Below, piece after piece: positions 20,560-30,152 of a stretch of 64,000 bases of DNA; within the stretch, counting starts at the first letter, position 1; every line of letters starts with the position of its first letter. The stretch is from an uncultured Desulfobacter sp. (GTDB lineage: Bacteria; Desulfobacterota; Desulfobacteria; Desulfobacterales; Desulfobacteraceae). A program made the translations under genes and the position numbers. The stretch spans positions 4,640,001 through 4,704,000 of the forward strand of contig OY762069.1 of the NCBI GenBank assembly GCA_963665095.1, in the 5' to 3' direction. The notes below the pieces were generated by a model that worked only from the letters and a program-made list of their open reading frames with translations, searched no databases and was not told the origin of the DNA.

Positions 20560-21459
20560 GTGAGCATACATATAAAAAAAGACAGATCCCGGCTTATCCC
20601 TGCAGGTCTTACCTGTTTTCTGATCCTGTTTTTTGCCGTAACAGCCGCGGCATCTGCACAAGGCCCGGCAGTCCGGGTGATCTCCTTGTCCCCCATTATT
20701 ACGGAGACAATATTTCTCCTTGGCGCCGGAGATCAGCTGACCGGGGACACCACCTATTGCAACCAGCCCCCGGAAGCGGATAAAAAGGAGAAGATCGGAT
20801 CGGTCACCCAGGTGAATGTGGAAAAGATCATCAGCCTGCGGCCGGATCTGGTGATTACCTCGGCCCTTACCCGGGAAAAACAGATCAAAATTCTCAAAGC
20901 CCAGGGCATCCGGATCATGGAGATTGCCAACCCAAAGGTCTTTGATCAGATGTGCGCCCTAACGCGAAAAATCGGTGCCGCCCTGGGAAGAACCAAGGAA
21001 GCTGAAAACATCATTAAAACAGCCACGGCCGATGTAGACAGGGTCCGGGAGCAGGTAAAGGGGTTCAGTCCCCGGCGGGTGTTTATCCAGATCGGGCTCA
21101 AACCACTGCACACAGTGAACAAAGATATGTTCATCAACGAATTTATTGTGTTGTCCAATGCCGTGAACATTGCCCAAGACCAGCCGTCAGGGGTTTTTTC
21201 CCGGGAAAAGGTGATTGAGGAGAACCCGGATGTGATCCTTGTGGCCACCATGGGCAGCAGCAAAAAAGCGGCTGTCCTTGAAAAGGAGCGATGGATGGGA
21301 TTTCCCTCCCTGAAAGCCACCCAGACCCATGAAATTCACGTGCTGGACCCCGAAGCGATCTGCAGCCCGACACCGGTGAGCTTTGCCCAGGGGCTGGAGC
21401 AGGTGGCTGTTCTGATACATCCCCAGATCAACAACACTGCCAAAGGAGTCGCCCCATGA
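20560..21459 (+). CDS. btuF: Cobalamin ABC transporter substrate-binding protein
   Basis: RVISLSPIITETIFLLG, TTYCNQPPEA, VEKIISLRPDLV; B12 riboswitch context. Confidence 0.85.
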   Translation: MSIHIKKDRSRLIPAGLTCFLILFFAVTAAASAQGPAVRVISLSPIITETIFLLGAGDQLTGDTTYCNQPPEADKKEKIGSVTQVNVEKIISLRPDLVITSALTREKQIKILKAQGIRIMEIANPKVFDQMCALTRKIGAALGRTKEAENIIKTATADVDRVREQVKGFSPRRVFIQIGLKPLHTVNKDMFINEFIVLSNAVNIAQDQPSGVFSREKVIEENPDVILVATMGSSKKAAVLEKERWMGFPSLKATQTHEIHVLDPEAICSPTPVSFAQGLEQVAVLIHPQINNTAKGVAP

Positions 21460-22463
21460 CCCCTAGTGTTCGGTCCTGGGGCCTGCTCTCTTTGTTCCTT
21501 CTGGCCCTGCTGTTGTTGTCGGCCGGGCTTTCCATGTCCGTGGGCAGTGCGGACATCGGGGTGTTCGACATTCCGGGCATCCTGCTGGCAGGCCCCGGCT
21601 CTGCCGAATACGGGATCTTAACGGGCATCCGCCTGCCGCGCACCCTTTTAGGCCTTGCCATGGGCGGGGCTTTAAGCCTTGCCGGCACACTTCTCCAGGG
21701 CATGTTTAAAAACCCCCTGGTGGAGCCCTATACCCTGGGCATTTCCGGGGGCGCTTCTTTAGGGATCTGCGTTAATATTTTGTTCAAGCTCTATGCCCAT
21801 ATCGGTATCATTGCCTATCCCCTGTCAGGGTTCGTAGGTGCAAGTCTTGTGATTTTTCTGGTCTACGGCCTGAACCGGCAGACCCGGCACATCCGGTCCA
21901 ACCGCATGCTGCTCACCGGCGTCATGATATCTTATGTGGCCTCTTCCCTTGTAATGCTGCTCATGGCCCTGGTAAGCTCGGATGACCTCCAGTCCATTGT
22001 ACTCTGGATCATGGGCTCTTTAGACGAACCGGATATGAACCTGATCCAGCTTGCCCTGATAGGTTCCGTACTCGGGCTGTTTTTCTCCTACTTCTTCTGC
22101 CTGGATCTCAACGGCCTGGCCCTGGGCGAGGAGGAAGCCGCAGGCCTTGGGATCAACACATCCAGGGCCAAAAAAGGCATTTTCTTTATTGCCTCGTTTT
22201 TAACAGGTCTTTCCGTATCCGTTGCCGGGGTCATCATGTTTGTGGGGCTGATTGTTCCCCATTTCATGCGCATGGTCACAGGACCGGATCATCGCATTCT
22301 GCTGCTCTCCTCCTATCTGGCCGGAGCCGTGTTTCTGATTCTATGTGATGTACTTGCCCGTACGGTGATTGCCCCTTTAGAGCTGCCCGTGGGCGTTATC
22401 ACCGGCATCATCGGCGGCGTGGTCTTTATCTGGGCGCTTTCCAGGAAAAAGGGGGAAATATGA
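21456..22463 (+). CDS. btuC: Cobalamin ABC transporter permease (FecCD family)
   Basis: IRLPR, LQGMFKNPLVEPYTLGISGGA, GEEEAAGLG, FVGLIVPH, ELPVG. Confidence 0.88.
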   Translation: MTPSVRSWGLLSLFLLALLLLSAGLSMSVGSADIGVFDIPGILLAGPGSAEYGILTGIRLPRTLLGLAMGGALSLAGTLLQGMFKNPLVEPYTLGISGGASLGICVNILFKLYAHIGIIAYPLSGFVGASLVIFLVYGLNRQTRHIRSNRMLLTGVMISYVASSLVMLLMALVSSDDLQSIVLWIMGSLDEPDMNLIQLALIGSVLGLFFSYFFCLDLNGLALGEEEAAGLGINTSRAKKGIFFIASFLTGLSVSVAGVIMFVGLIVPHFMRMVTGPDHRILLLSSYLAGAVFLILCDVLARTVIAPLELPVGVITGIIGGVVFIWALSRKKGEI

Positions 22464-23296
22464 CAGATACGCCTCTGCTGGAGGTCCGGGATGTCAGCCT
22501 GGCCTTTGGAGACCACAATATTCTTACCCACATCAGCTTTAACGTGCTGCCGGGCCAGATTGTTTCCGTTATCGGCCCCAACGGCACCGGCAAAACCAGT
22601 ATGGTCCGGGCCGTAAACGGCAACCTGGCCCTGGCCCAGGGAAAAATCCTGCTGGCAGGAGAGGACATAAAAACCATGTCCGGCAGCACCATGGCCCGGC
22701 AGATGGCCGTGGTCCGCCAGAATCTGGACACCCTGCCCATGCAGGTCCAGGCCTATGTCATGCTGGGACGCCTTCCCTTTTTTAAACCCATGCAATTTTT
22801 TGAAACCCGGGAGGATAAGGCCCTGGCAGAAAACTACATGGAGGTGACCGCCATTCAGCACCTGGCAGAAAAGGCCATGGACCAGATCTCCGGCGGAGAA
22901 CGACAGCTGGCGGCCCTTGCCAGGGCGCTGACCCAACAGCCAAAATTCCTGGTACTGGACGAACCCACAGCCCATCTGGACATCACCCACCAGGCCAAAA
23001 TTCTGAACCTTATTTCCAGCCTGCGAAATCAGCTGAATCTCACAGTTCTCATGGTCATCCATGACCTGAACCTGGCTTCTGAGTATTCTGACCAGCTGGT
23101 ACTCTTAAACAAGGACAACGGCAGTATCCACGCCATGGGCACCCCGGACCAGGTACTGACCCGGGAAAATATTGAGGCCGTATACCACACCCGGGTCCGG
23201 GTGGAAAAAAATCCTGAATCGGGGAAACCCTGCGTGTTTCTCAACAAAGCCGGAAATGGCAGTGTGGCTGAATCTTCTCTACAATGTCAAAAATAA
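22460..23296 (+). CDS. btuD: Cobalamin ABC transporter ATPase
   Basis: GPNGTGKT, ISGGERQ, LDEPTAHLD, HDLNLA. Confidence 0.88.
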   Translation: MTDTPLLEVRDVSLAFGDHNILTHISFNVLPGQIVSVIGPNGTGKTSMVRAVNGNLALAQGKILLAGEDIKTMSGSTMARQMAVVRQNLDTLPMQVQAYVMLGRLPFFKPMQFFETREDKALAENYMEVTAIQHLAEKAMDQISGGERQLAALARALTQQPKFLVLDEPTAHLDITHQAKILNLISSLRNQLNLTVLMVIHDLNLASEYSDQLVLLNKDNGSIHAMGTPDQVLTRENIEAVYHTRVRVEKNPESGKPCVFLNKAGNGSVAESSLQCQK

Positions 23297-23434
23297 ATAA
23301 TAATCATTTGGGCTCCTGTTCGTTTTAAAAAAATGTTAAGTATAAGAGGTCTAAGCTGTCGCTTGTCCTGTGCATGTCTTTAAAAATCGTATAGTATATC
23401 CATGATAATCCACGAAAACATGGAGGGCCTGACC

Positions 23435-25084
23435 GTGATACATGACCTTGCTGGAAAGCCTGCACATGACAACGTGCTGGCCAATATTCCGAGACTGGTG
23501 TCCGCTTATTACACCATTATTCCTGACGCTGCAGATCCCTGTCAGCAAATAGCCTTCGGCACTTCCGGGCACCGGGGTTCCTCCCTGAAGGCGAGCTTCA
23601 ACGAAAACCATATTCTGTCCGTCACCCAGGCGGTATGCGACTATCGGAAGGGCCAGAAAATTACGGGGCCGGTTTTCATGGGAATGGACACCCACGCGCT
23701 CTCCGAACCGGCTTTTGCAAGTGCCCTTGAGGTGCTGGCCGCCAATGGGGTGACGGTGATGGTCCAGGAGGGGCTCGGGTATACACCGACTCCGGTGATC
23801 TCCCATGCGATCCTTTCCCATAACCGGGGCCGGACCCAGGGACTTGCCGACGGCATCGTGATCACCCCCTCCCATAATCCTCCCGAAGACGGCGGTTTTA
23901 AGTACAATCCACCCCATGGGGGACCTGCGGATCAGAAAACCACCCAAGCCATCGAGGTCCGGGCCAACGAGATATTGGAAAACGATCTAAAGGACGTCCG
24001 GCGGCTCTCATATTCAAAAGCCCTGAAAGCCCCCGGCACCTGCTATCATGATTACATCGGGCCTTATGTGGCGGATCTTGGAAATATTCTTGATATGGAG
24101 GCCATCAGGACGTCGGGGCTCAGGATCGGCGTGGATCCACTGGGTGGAGCGGCTGTGGCGTTCTGGGATCCCATCGCCGATACCTACGGGATCTCCTTGG
24201 ATGTGGTGAGCCACCGGGTGGACCCCGCATTCTCCTTTATGACCCTGGACAAGGATGGCAAAATTCGGATGGACTGCTCCTCGCCCTGGGCCATGGCCCG
24301 GCTTATCGAGATGAAAAACCGTTTTGATGTGGCCTTCGGCAACGATACAGACACGGATCGCCACGGCATCGTAACCCCCAGCGCGGGGCTTCTCAATCCC
24401 AACCATTTCCTGGCAGCAGCCATCTGGTATCTCTTCCGGAACCGGCCGGGCTGGCGGAAAGATGCGGCGGTGGGAAAAACCCTGGTCTCCAGCGCCATGA
24501 TTGATCGAGTAGCTTGTGCCCTGGGACGTAATCTTTGCGAAGTCCCGGTGGGATTCAAATGGTTCGTGGACGGGCTTATTTCGGGCGACTACGGATTCGG
24601 GGGCGAGGAGAGTGCCGGCGCCAGTTTTCTTAGAAGTGACGGCAGTGTATGGTGCACCGACAAGGACGGTATTATAATGGGGTTTCTGGCCTGCGAGATG
24701 ACGGCCCGGACAGGGAATGATCCCGCTCAGATTTACCAGGAACTTACCGACAGGTTCGGTGCGCCGGTGTACGAACGGATGGATGCGCCGGCCAGCCGGG
24801 AGCAGAAAGCGGTGCTCAAGGCCCTTTCGCCCCAGTCTGTTACGGCCGAAGTCCTGGGTGGGGAACCCATCCTGGCCAAATTGACCCATGCCCCGGGAAA
24901 CGGTGCGCCCATCGGCGGACTGAAGGTGGTGACGAAAAACGGCTGGTTTGCAGCCAGGCCGTCGGGAACTGAAGATATTTATAAAATTTATGCCGAAAGC
25001 TTTCTGGGAAAGGACCATCTTAATCAGATCCAGGACGAAGCCCAGGGGATCGTGGGGACGGCGTTTTCTGCGGCGATGGGTTAA
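23435..25084 (+). CDS. pgm: Phosphoglucomutase
   Basis: [55 protein letters not shown] start after GGAGG. Confidence 0.95.
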   Translation: MIHDLAGKPAHDNVLANIPRLVSAYYTIIPDAADPCQQIAFGTSGHRGSSLKASFNENHILSVTQAVCDYRKGQKITGPVFMGMDTHALSEPAFASALEVLAANGVTVMVQEGLGYTPTPVISHAILSHNRGRTQGLADGIVITPSHNPPEDGGFKYNPPHGGPADQKTTQAIEVRANEILENDLKDVRRLSYSKALKAPGTCYHDYIGPYVADLGNILDMEAIRTSGLRIGVDPLGGAAVAFWDPIADTYGISLDVVSHRVDPAFSFMTLDKDGKIRMDCSSPWAMARLIEMKNRFDVAFGNDTDTDRHGIVTPSAGLLNPNHFLAAAIWYLFRNRPGWRKDAAVGKTLVSSAMIDRVACALGRNLCEVPVGFKWFVDGLISGDYGFGGEESAGASFLRSDGSVWCTDKDGIIMGFLACEMTARTGNDPAQIYQELTDRFGAPVYERMDAPASREQKAVLKALSPQSVTAEVLGGEPILAKLTHAPGNGAPIGGLKVVTKNGWFAARPSGTEDIYKIYAESFLGKDHLNQIQDEAQGIVGTAFSAAMG

Positions 25085-25187
25085 AATCTGACCACAGAGT
25101 AAGGAATCGGTCGTTGACATGTTTTTTGGATTTTGTATAACTTTAATTGTTAATTGCAGTGACAATCGCAAACCATCAGGCAGACAC

Positions 25188-25589
25188 TTCGCCCAGCAGA
25201 CGGCAGAAGCCACCGAGCAGATCAGTCACAAGCTTACCGGTGTGACCTCAAATACCGCCGATGCGGTCAAGGCTATAGAAGGAATCGTGGGCGTTATCAA
25301 TGACATCCACGAAATGACGGAAGCCGTGGCATCATCCATTGAAGAGCAGTCCGAGACAACCCGGGATGTGTCCCGCAACATCAACCAGGTCGCAGAAGCC
25401 TCTACAGAAATAAAAAACGATATTATCCAGGTGGCCGGCGCCATGGAAGAAGTGCTTGGCAATTCCGAGCGGGTGCGTGTTGATTCCGGCCAGACAATGG
25501 ACGGCAGCCGCAAACTCAGGACAAAGGCCCAGGAACTGTCCGGCCTGGCGGATTATTTAAAAATGATGGTGTCAGAATTTAAAATTTAA
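25188..25589 (+). pseudogene. C-terminal fragment of a methyl-accepting chemotaxis protein
   Basis: AQQTAEATEQI...VASSIEEQSETTRDVSRNI...MVSEFKI; the EAARAG hairpin tip and sensor region are absent. Confidence 0.75.
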
Positions 25590-26593
25590 AGACCAGCATC
25601 GTCAAAGCCTCTGCCAATTGGGTGGCATGGATCTATTGGTTCAACCTTGTAAATAGGGGCAAAGGCCTTTTCTGAGGTAATAAAAATATTTCCTGTACCA
25701 TGGTCAATCCCCAGGGCCTCGCGCTGGATCATGATCAGGGAGGGGTCCGGCAAAGAGATCTGCTGCGGCGGGGTTAAAAACGCAGCATCCCAGGTTTGGT
25801 CTTTCTTCCGGGTGTATAGATAGGCATGCTTGTAGGTCAGAATAAACAATTTTTTTCCGTCGTCGCTTATGTCCATGGCCGTGGGTTGTGACCGGTATCG
25901 TCCAAACCTTTCCCTGCGGTCTTCAGGTGTGGGCGCAGGGATGTTTTTCACCTTTGCCACAGCCCGGGCCGTATACATTTTCGTTCCTGAAGGCGTTTCC
26001 AGAGGCAGTTCATAGAGTACTGGCACGGCTTTACGTTTGCTTAAAAGAAGAATGCGCCTGTTTGCCGTGTCAACGCATACTGCCTCACAGTCCAGAGCCC
26101 CGTCCTCGTATCTAAATCGCATTTCCCATTCCAGGGCCAACCTGCCCTGATTCTGATTTGGGGTCTGATTCAAATCCGGGTCCAGGTCCGGCTCCTTTAC
26201 ACAGTAGAGTGTGCAAAAAGACCTTTGGGACCAGTTGTCCCCCACATCGGCAATGAGCAGGTAATCCTGCTTTCCCAAACGAAATCCGGAAAGGTCCTCC
26301 CAGTCGGTATTTTCCGCCCCGTCCACCATGAACTCGTTAATAATGGCACCTTTGGGAGAAATGCAAAAAACCGATGCCTGGTTGCCGCTGTCGTTGAGCA
26401 CCCACAGAACCTCTGAATTTTTCCGGGATACGGATAAGCCCGACACCTCCCTTAACCGCGGAGAGGAGATAACACCACTGCGCACCCCCTCTTTATATGG
26501 GGCCGGTTCAATAACACTTTTATACTGGGCCGGACAGATCCCGGGTGCAAACAAAATACTGAACAGTACCAGTAAAATTCTTATGTTTTTCAT
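25586..26593 (-). CDS. Exported hypothetical protein, probable beta-propeller
   Basis: Signal peptide; EVSGL, WVLNDSGN, DWEDL, IADVGDN, DCEA, QREA repeats. Confidence 0.7.
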   Translation of the reverse strand: MKNIRILLVLFSILFAPGICPAQYKSVIEPAPYKEGVRSGVISSPRLREVSGLSVSRKNSEVLWVLNDSGNQASVFCISPKGAIINEFMVDGAENTDWEDLSGFRLGKQDYLLIADVGDNWSQRSFCTLYCVKEPDLDPDLNQTPNQNQGRLALEWEMRFRYEDGALDCEAVCVDTANRRILLLSKRKAVPVLYELPLETPSGTKMYTARAVAKVKNIPAPTPEDRRERFGRYRSQPTAMDISDDGKKLFILTYKHAYLYTRKKDQTWDAAFLTPPQQISLPDPSLIMIQREALGIDHGTGNIFITSEKAFAPIYKVEPIDPCHPIGRGFDDAGL

Positions 26594-26686
26594 ACCGCTG
26601 TCTTTAATCTGCATGTTGCATAAAATAATTCGGCTCTAAAATATCCGGTTCAGGCGGGCAGTTCAAGCGTATTCCCCAGAATATTA

Positions 26687-26760
26687 TAAACGCTATCTCA
26701 AAATAAAGGTTTTGATCCAATCCGGAAGCTGGGCTAAAAATTATTTTGAGATGGCTTCTA
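26687..26760. repeat. Family B element with a longer spacer
   Basis: GCTATCTCAAAATAA...TTATTTTGAGATGGCTTCTA; right arm identical to 4049-4067. Confidence 0.8.
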
Positions 26761-26790
26761 TTTATTGATTCCATTTAATTGAATAATTCG

Positions 26791-29700
26791 TCAGCTTTTT
26801 TCCTTGAAAGCGGAGGAACGCTCTTTCAGGGAGATATCTTTTACCCGGTGCAGGCGTTTTAAGTAATACCGGTAGGAACTCAGATAAAAAGAGAGCGGTC
26901 TGGAAAAATTTCTGCCGAGGACACCGTCCACAAAGAGCCGGCTGATATGGTGCTCATGACGCAGCATATCCTGGGACTGGAAAAAGATCTCCTGTTCTTC
27001 CGGGGTCATCTCCGAAACCATATCAATGATAACGGACTGGGCACGGGGCAGGTACATCCAGAAGTAAAACAGGTCAAGGGAATTGATAATGATCAATGTG
27101 GCAAGATCCCGGACTTCGGAATTCTTATTGTCCAGCAACGTGCCTGATTTTTCAAGTATATGGAGCTCTTCAGCTTCAGGGAACAGCATTACAAGCCGTG
27201 AGTAAATCTGGAAAAGATCCTTTATTTTCCTGTGGATATTCTGTTTTCTCAATCTGGTATAGGTGGCCCGGTCCGCTGCCCCCTCAATAAAGCCGGCCAC
27301 AATGTCGGACGCCCCTTTTGAAATAATGGCGGCCCACTTCTGCAGTACCCCATTGACATCAGGAACATGGGAAACCCCTAAAATACCGCCGATGGCGCTG
27401 CTTAAGACCACGGCAACCGGTATGGATAAGATACTTCTGAAAAAATTACCGGTGACAGCGCCCCTGGGAAGCCCGCGCAGAAAATTATGGGTGGAGAGAT
27501 ATATACCGTTGGCAAGGCCCATGACAGCATAAAGGGCCACGGGATTGTTGGACATGGTGATACCCAGGCTCTCTTTTAACAGCAGCACTTTGACCAGATA
27601 ATCCAGAAGTGGCACTGAAAACCCGGTAAACAGAAGGGAATCCGCCAGCCGGTCCCAGCTGACATAGTCGTTCCATTTCAACAAAGAGGCCCGTTTGATG
27701 CCGCCGCCCCCAAGGACAGACTGCAGCACATTCCTGATGCCGGTGATACTGAACCAGATGGTTGCACCCAGCCAGGCCAGAAGCCACCAGTCTTTGGTCA
27801 TCATAAAACAAAGCTGGGCCGGAATAAATCCGAGCAGAATCTTGAGGGTATTCTTCAGCCATGTATTCAGGTATCGCCCGGGTCGCTTTTTTTCAGGCAA
27901 ATCTGATCCGACAAAGCCGTTCCGGATCTCCGAAGAGGATTTCCCCAGGGTTGCCAGATTTCCGCTGCCTGCCTTATCCAGCAGATACGGTCCGACCTTC
28001 CATTGCCGTTTTTTATCGGCCAGCAGCAATTTAATACCCGGAATCCAGGCCAGAGACCGCGGTAAATGATCCGGCAAAAACATGGTTACATTCAGATGGG
28101 TCACGATATTAACCGGCAAAATCAGTCTCTCCCGGTTGCGCCGCCGGAACCCTGACCGGACCCTGGCAGGCAGTGTATCAATCACCGCAAAGCCCATGCC
28201 GTATACCTGATGGGGCTTGCCTGTTGAGTCAGACCCGATTCTGAGCTTGATGGGGCGCAGGTCAAACATGTGTTTGAACTCGTCAATGTCGTTGAGAAGG
28301 GATGACAGGTCTTTCAAACGATCTTCCCGACCCTTTTTTTCAGCCCCGGCGATGATCTTTGATATGATCCGCTTCAGCTTCAGAATACTGCCCTGGTTAA
28401 TGGCGCGTTGAAGTTCATTGACGCAAATAATCAGGTGCGTATCCCCGGAATTGAACTTTTTGAGGTTTATCAGTTCAATCCTGGAAACCCTGCCGCAGCT
28501 TTCATACAAAAGTTCAAGAACGTCTTCAGGGTCAAGCCGGTCAAGATTCAGCGTGATGCGGTAGTCGTGGTGAAGTGTGTCAATGCGGTCAAGAAACCTA
28601 TTAAAGGGAATGGTGAGCCTGTCAGGAACCGACACACTGTTTTGTTCAGCATATTCCCGAAGGCCGCTGAAAAAGTGGTCTGCATCAAGATACTGTTTTA
28701 AAAGATCGCTCACCGTAAAACAATCGAGCTTTTCCATGACCATGAATACGTCATTGTCTGTATTGCCGGTGCGGTTTTTTTTCAGGCGGTTGATATGGAC
28801 GTTCATGGCACGGACGACTTTCGCGTGGATAAACTCACCAAGAGACTCAAGGGTGGGCTGTCCCGGTGAAACAAACGCTAAAAACTCATCCGCACGAACC
28901 TCATTCATGAAAATTTCCAGGTCCTGGTTCATGGCTTTGCGCCCGGATTGATTAAACCTTTCCAGAAGATTAAGAACAAAGTTATTCTGGAATTCCTGAA
29001 CCGCCTTTCCCTGGTCCATGAAAGCCACGATATGAGGTTCCGCCAGAAAGCACAGAAAAGACTCAAGGCTTGGCAGGCTCCTTGAGACCCAGATAAAAGA
29101 GATGTATTTATCCCTGTGAAGTGCCCAGAATTCAATCCCGATCCTCAGGTCGATTTCCATGATCTTCGCCGCTTCAATCAGTTCAAGTGCGCATCTGGGC
29201 TCAATATAATGGTAATAAATAACCCGCAGCCTGCGGATGCCCTTGATCCAGGCATCCATAATCAGGTGGGTGGGACTTTTCCTGCCCGAGGTGTTGGCAT
29301 CATGGACATGATCGTCAAATGTGATCTGGTTCCACTCCTCGGGCATTTCAAGAAGGTGATACTGATTGAGCAGATTCCGGATGTTCCTGGGCTTTCCAAA
29401 CGCGGCGATCCGGAAGTCATGGGCAAGCCGCAGCTGGCGTACCGGATCTCCTTTAGCCCGAACCAGATCCTTCATAATCTGCAACAACACCCTTGCCGTA
29501 TTTTTTGGCATGGGCCCGCCCACCGTATCCACGATATCATCCTTAAGTCCGGCCAGGGCCTTAAGCCGGCTGGCAATGCCGCCGTGCTCAATGGACTCCA
29601 TCAGATTAACAATAGAATAGGCCGTACGAAGGCCCCTGGATTCGGCAAGTTCCTTTATTCCCAGGGGATGAAAAAAAGGGTAAAGCAGCTTTCCGGTATA

Positions 29701-29796
29701 TTCCAGTGAATTAGGCTCATTGTAAACGGACGTGACGATCTCGATCAACTTATAATCGCGTTTATCAAAAAAAACCGAATCCATCGCCCGTGCCAT
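26791..29796 (-). CDS. Large hypothetical membrane protein with a PHP-like N-terminal domain
   Basis: About 1000-codon ORF; FDDHVHD, GIEF and IGSDSTG PHP-like motifs; several hydrophobic helices in the C-terminal third. Confidence 0.7.
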   Translation of the reverse strand: MARAMDSVFFDKRDYKLIEIVTSVYNEPNSLEYTGKLLYPFFHPLGIKELAESRGLRTAYSIVNLMESIEHGGIASRLKALAGLKDDIVDTVGGPMPKNTARVLLQIMKDLVRAKGDPVRQLRLAHDFRIAAFGKPRNIRNLLNQYHLLEMPEEWNQITFDDHVHDANTSGRKSPTHLIMDAWIKGIRRLRVIYYHYIEPRCALELIEAAKIMEIDLRIGIEFWALHRDKYISFIWVSRSLPSLESFLCFLAEPHIVAFMDQGKAVQEFQNNFVLNLLERFNQSGRKAMNQDLEIFMNEVRADEFLAFVSPGQPTLESLGEFIHAKVVRAMNVHINRLKKNRTGNTDNDVFMVMEKLDCFTVSDLLKQYLDADHFFSGLREYAEQNSVSVPDRLTIPFNRFLDRIDTLHHDYRITLNLDRLDPEDVLELLYESCGRVSRIELINLKKFNSGDTHLIICVNELQRAINQGSILKLKRIISKIIAGAEKKGREDRLKDLSSLLNDIDEFKHMFDLRPIKLRIGSDSTGKPHQVYGMGFAVIDTLPARVRSGFRRRNRERLILPVNIVTHLNVTMFLPDHLPRSLAWIPGIKLLLADKKRQWKVGPYLLDKAGSGNLATLGKSSSEIRNGFVGSDLPEKKRPGRYLNTWLKNTLKILLGFIPAQLCFMMTKDWWLLAWLGATIWFSITGIRNVLQSVLGGGGIKRASLLKWNDYVSWDRLADSLLFTGFSVPLLDYLVKVLLLKESLGITMSNNPVALYAVMGLANGIYLSTHNFLRGLPRGAVTGNFFRSILSIPVAVVLSSAIGGILGVSHVPDVNGVLQKWAAIISKGASDIVAGFIEGAADRATYTRLRKQNIHRKIKDLFQIYSRLVMLFPEAEELHILEKSGTLLDNKNSEVRDLATLIIINSLDLFYFWMYLPRAQSVIIDMVSEMTPEEQEIFFQSQDMLRHEHHISRLFVDGVLGRNFSRPLSFYLSSYRYYLKRLHRVKDISLKERSSAFKEKS

Positions 29797-30152
29797 GAAC
29801 CTGCCCGCCTCCTTCAATTATGAGAGAACCAACCGCAAATTAAAGAAAAAGCAATAACCGCACCACCAGGGGGTATATTTTCCTGAAACCCCTGTGGCCA
29901 GGGATTATAGATCTGTTTTGAGTTATACAGTACCTGGATGAAGTGACAAATTATTTTACCAGGTGTAAAAATTTCAGAACAGGCCGGGGATTATTCCCCA
30001 TGCTCTTTTCCAAAAAATTCTAAGTTTCACCTCCCGATCCCCCCTCAGTAATTAGGAGCACTTCCAGGCATGAGAAGATTATGCTATACGCTATATGACC
30101 CTATTGAAATTCCCTTAGACGGTAAAATATATAGTCAGCAGAAGGAGTATCC

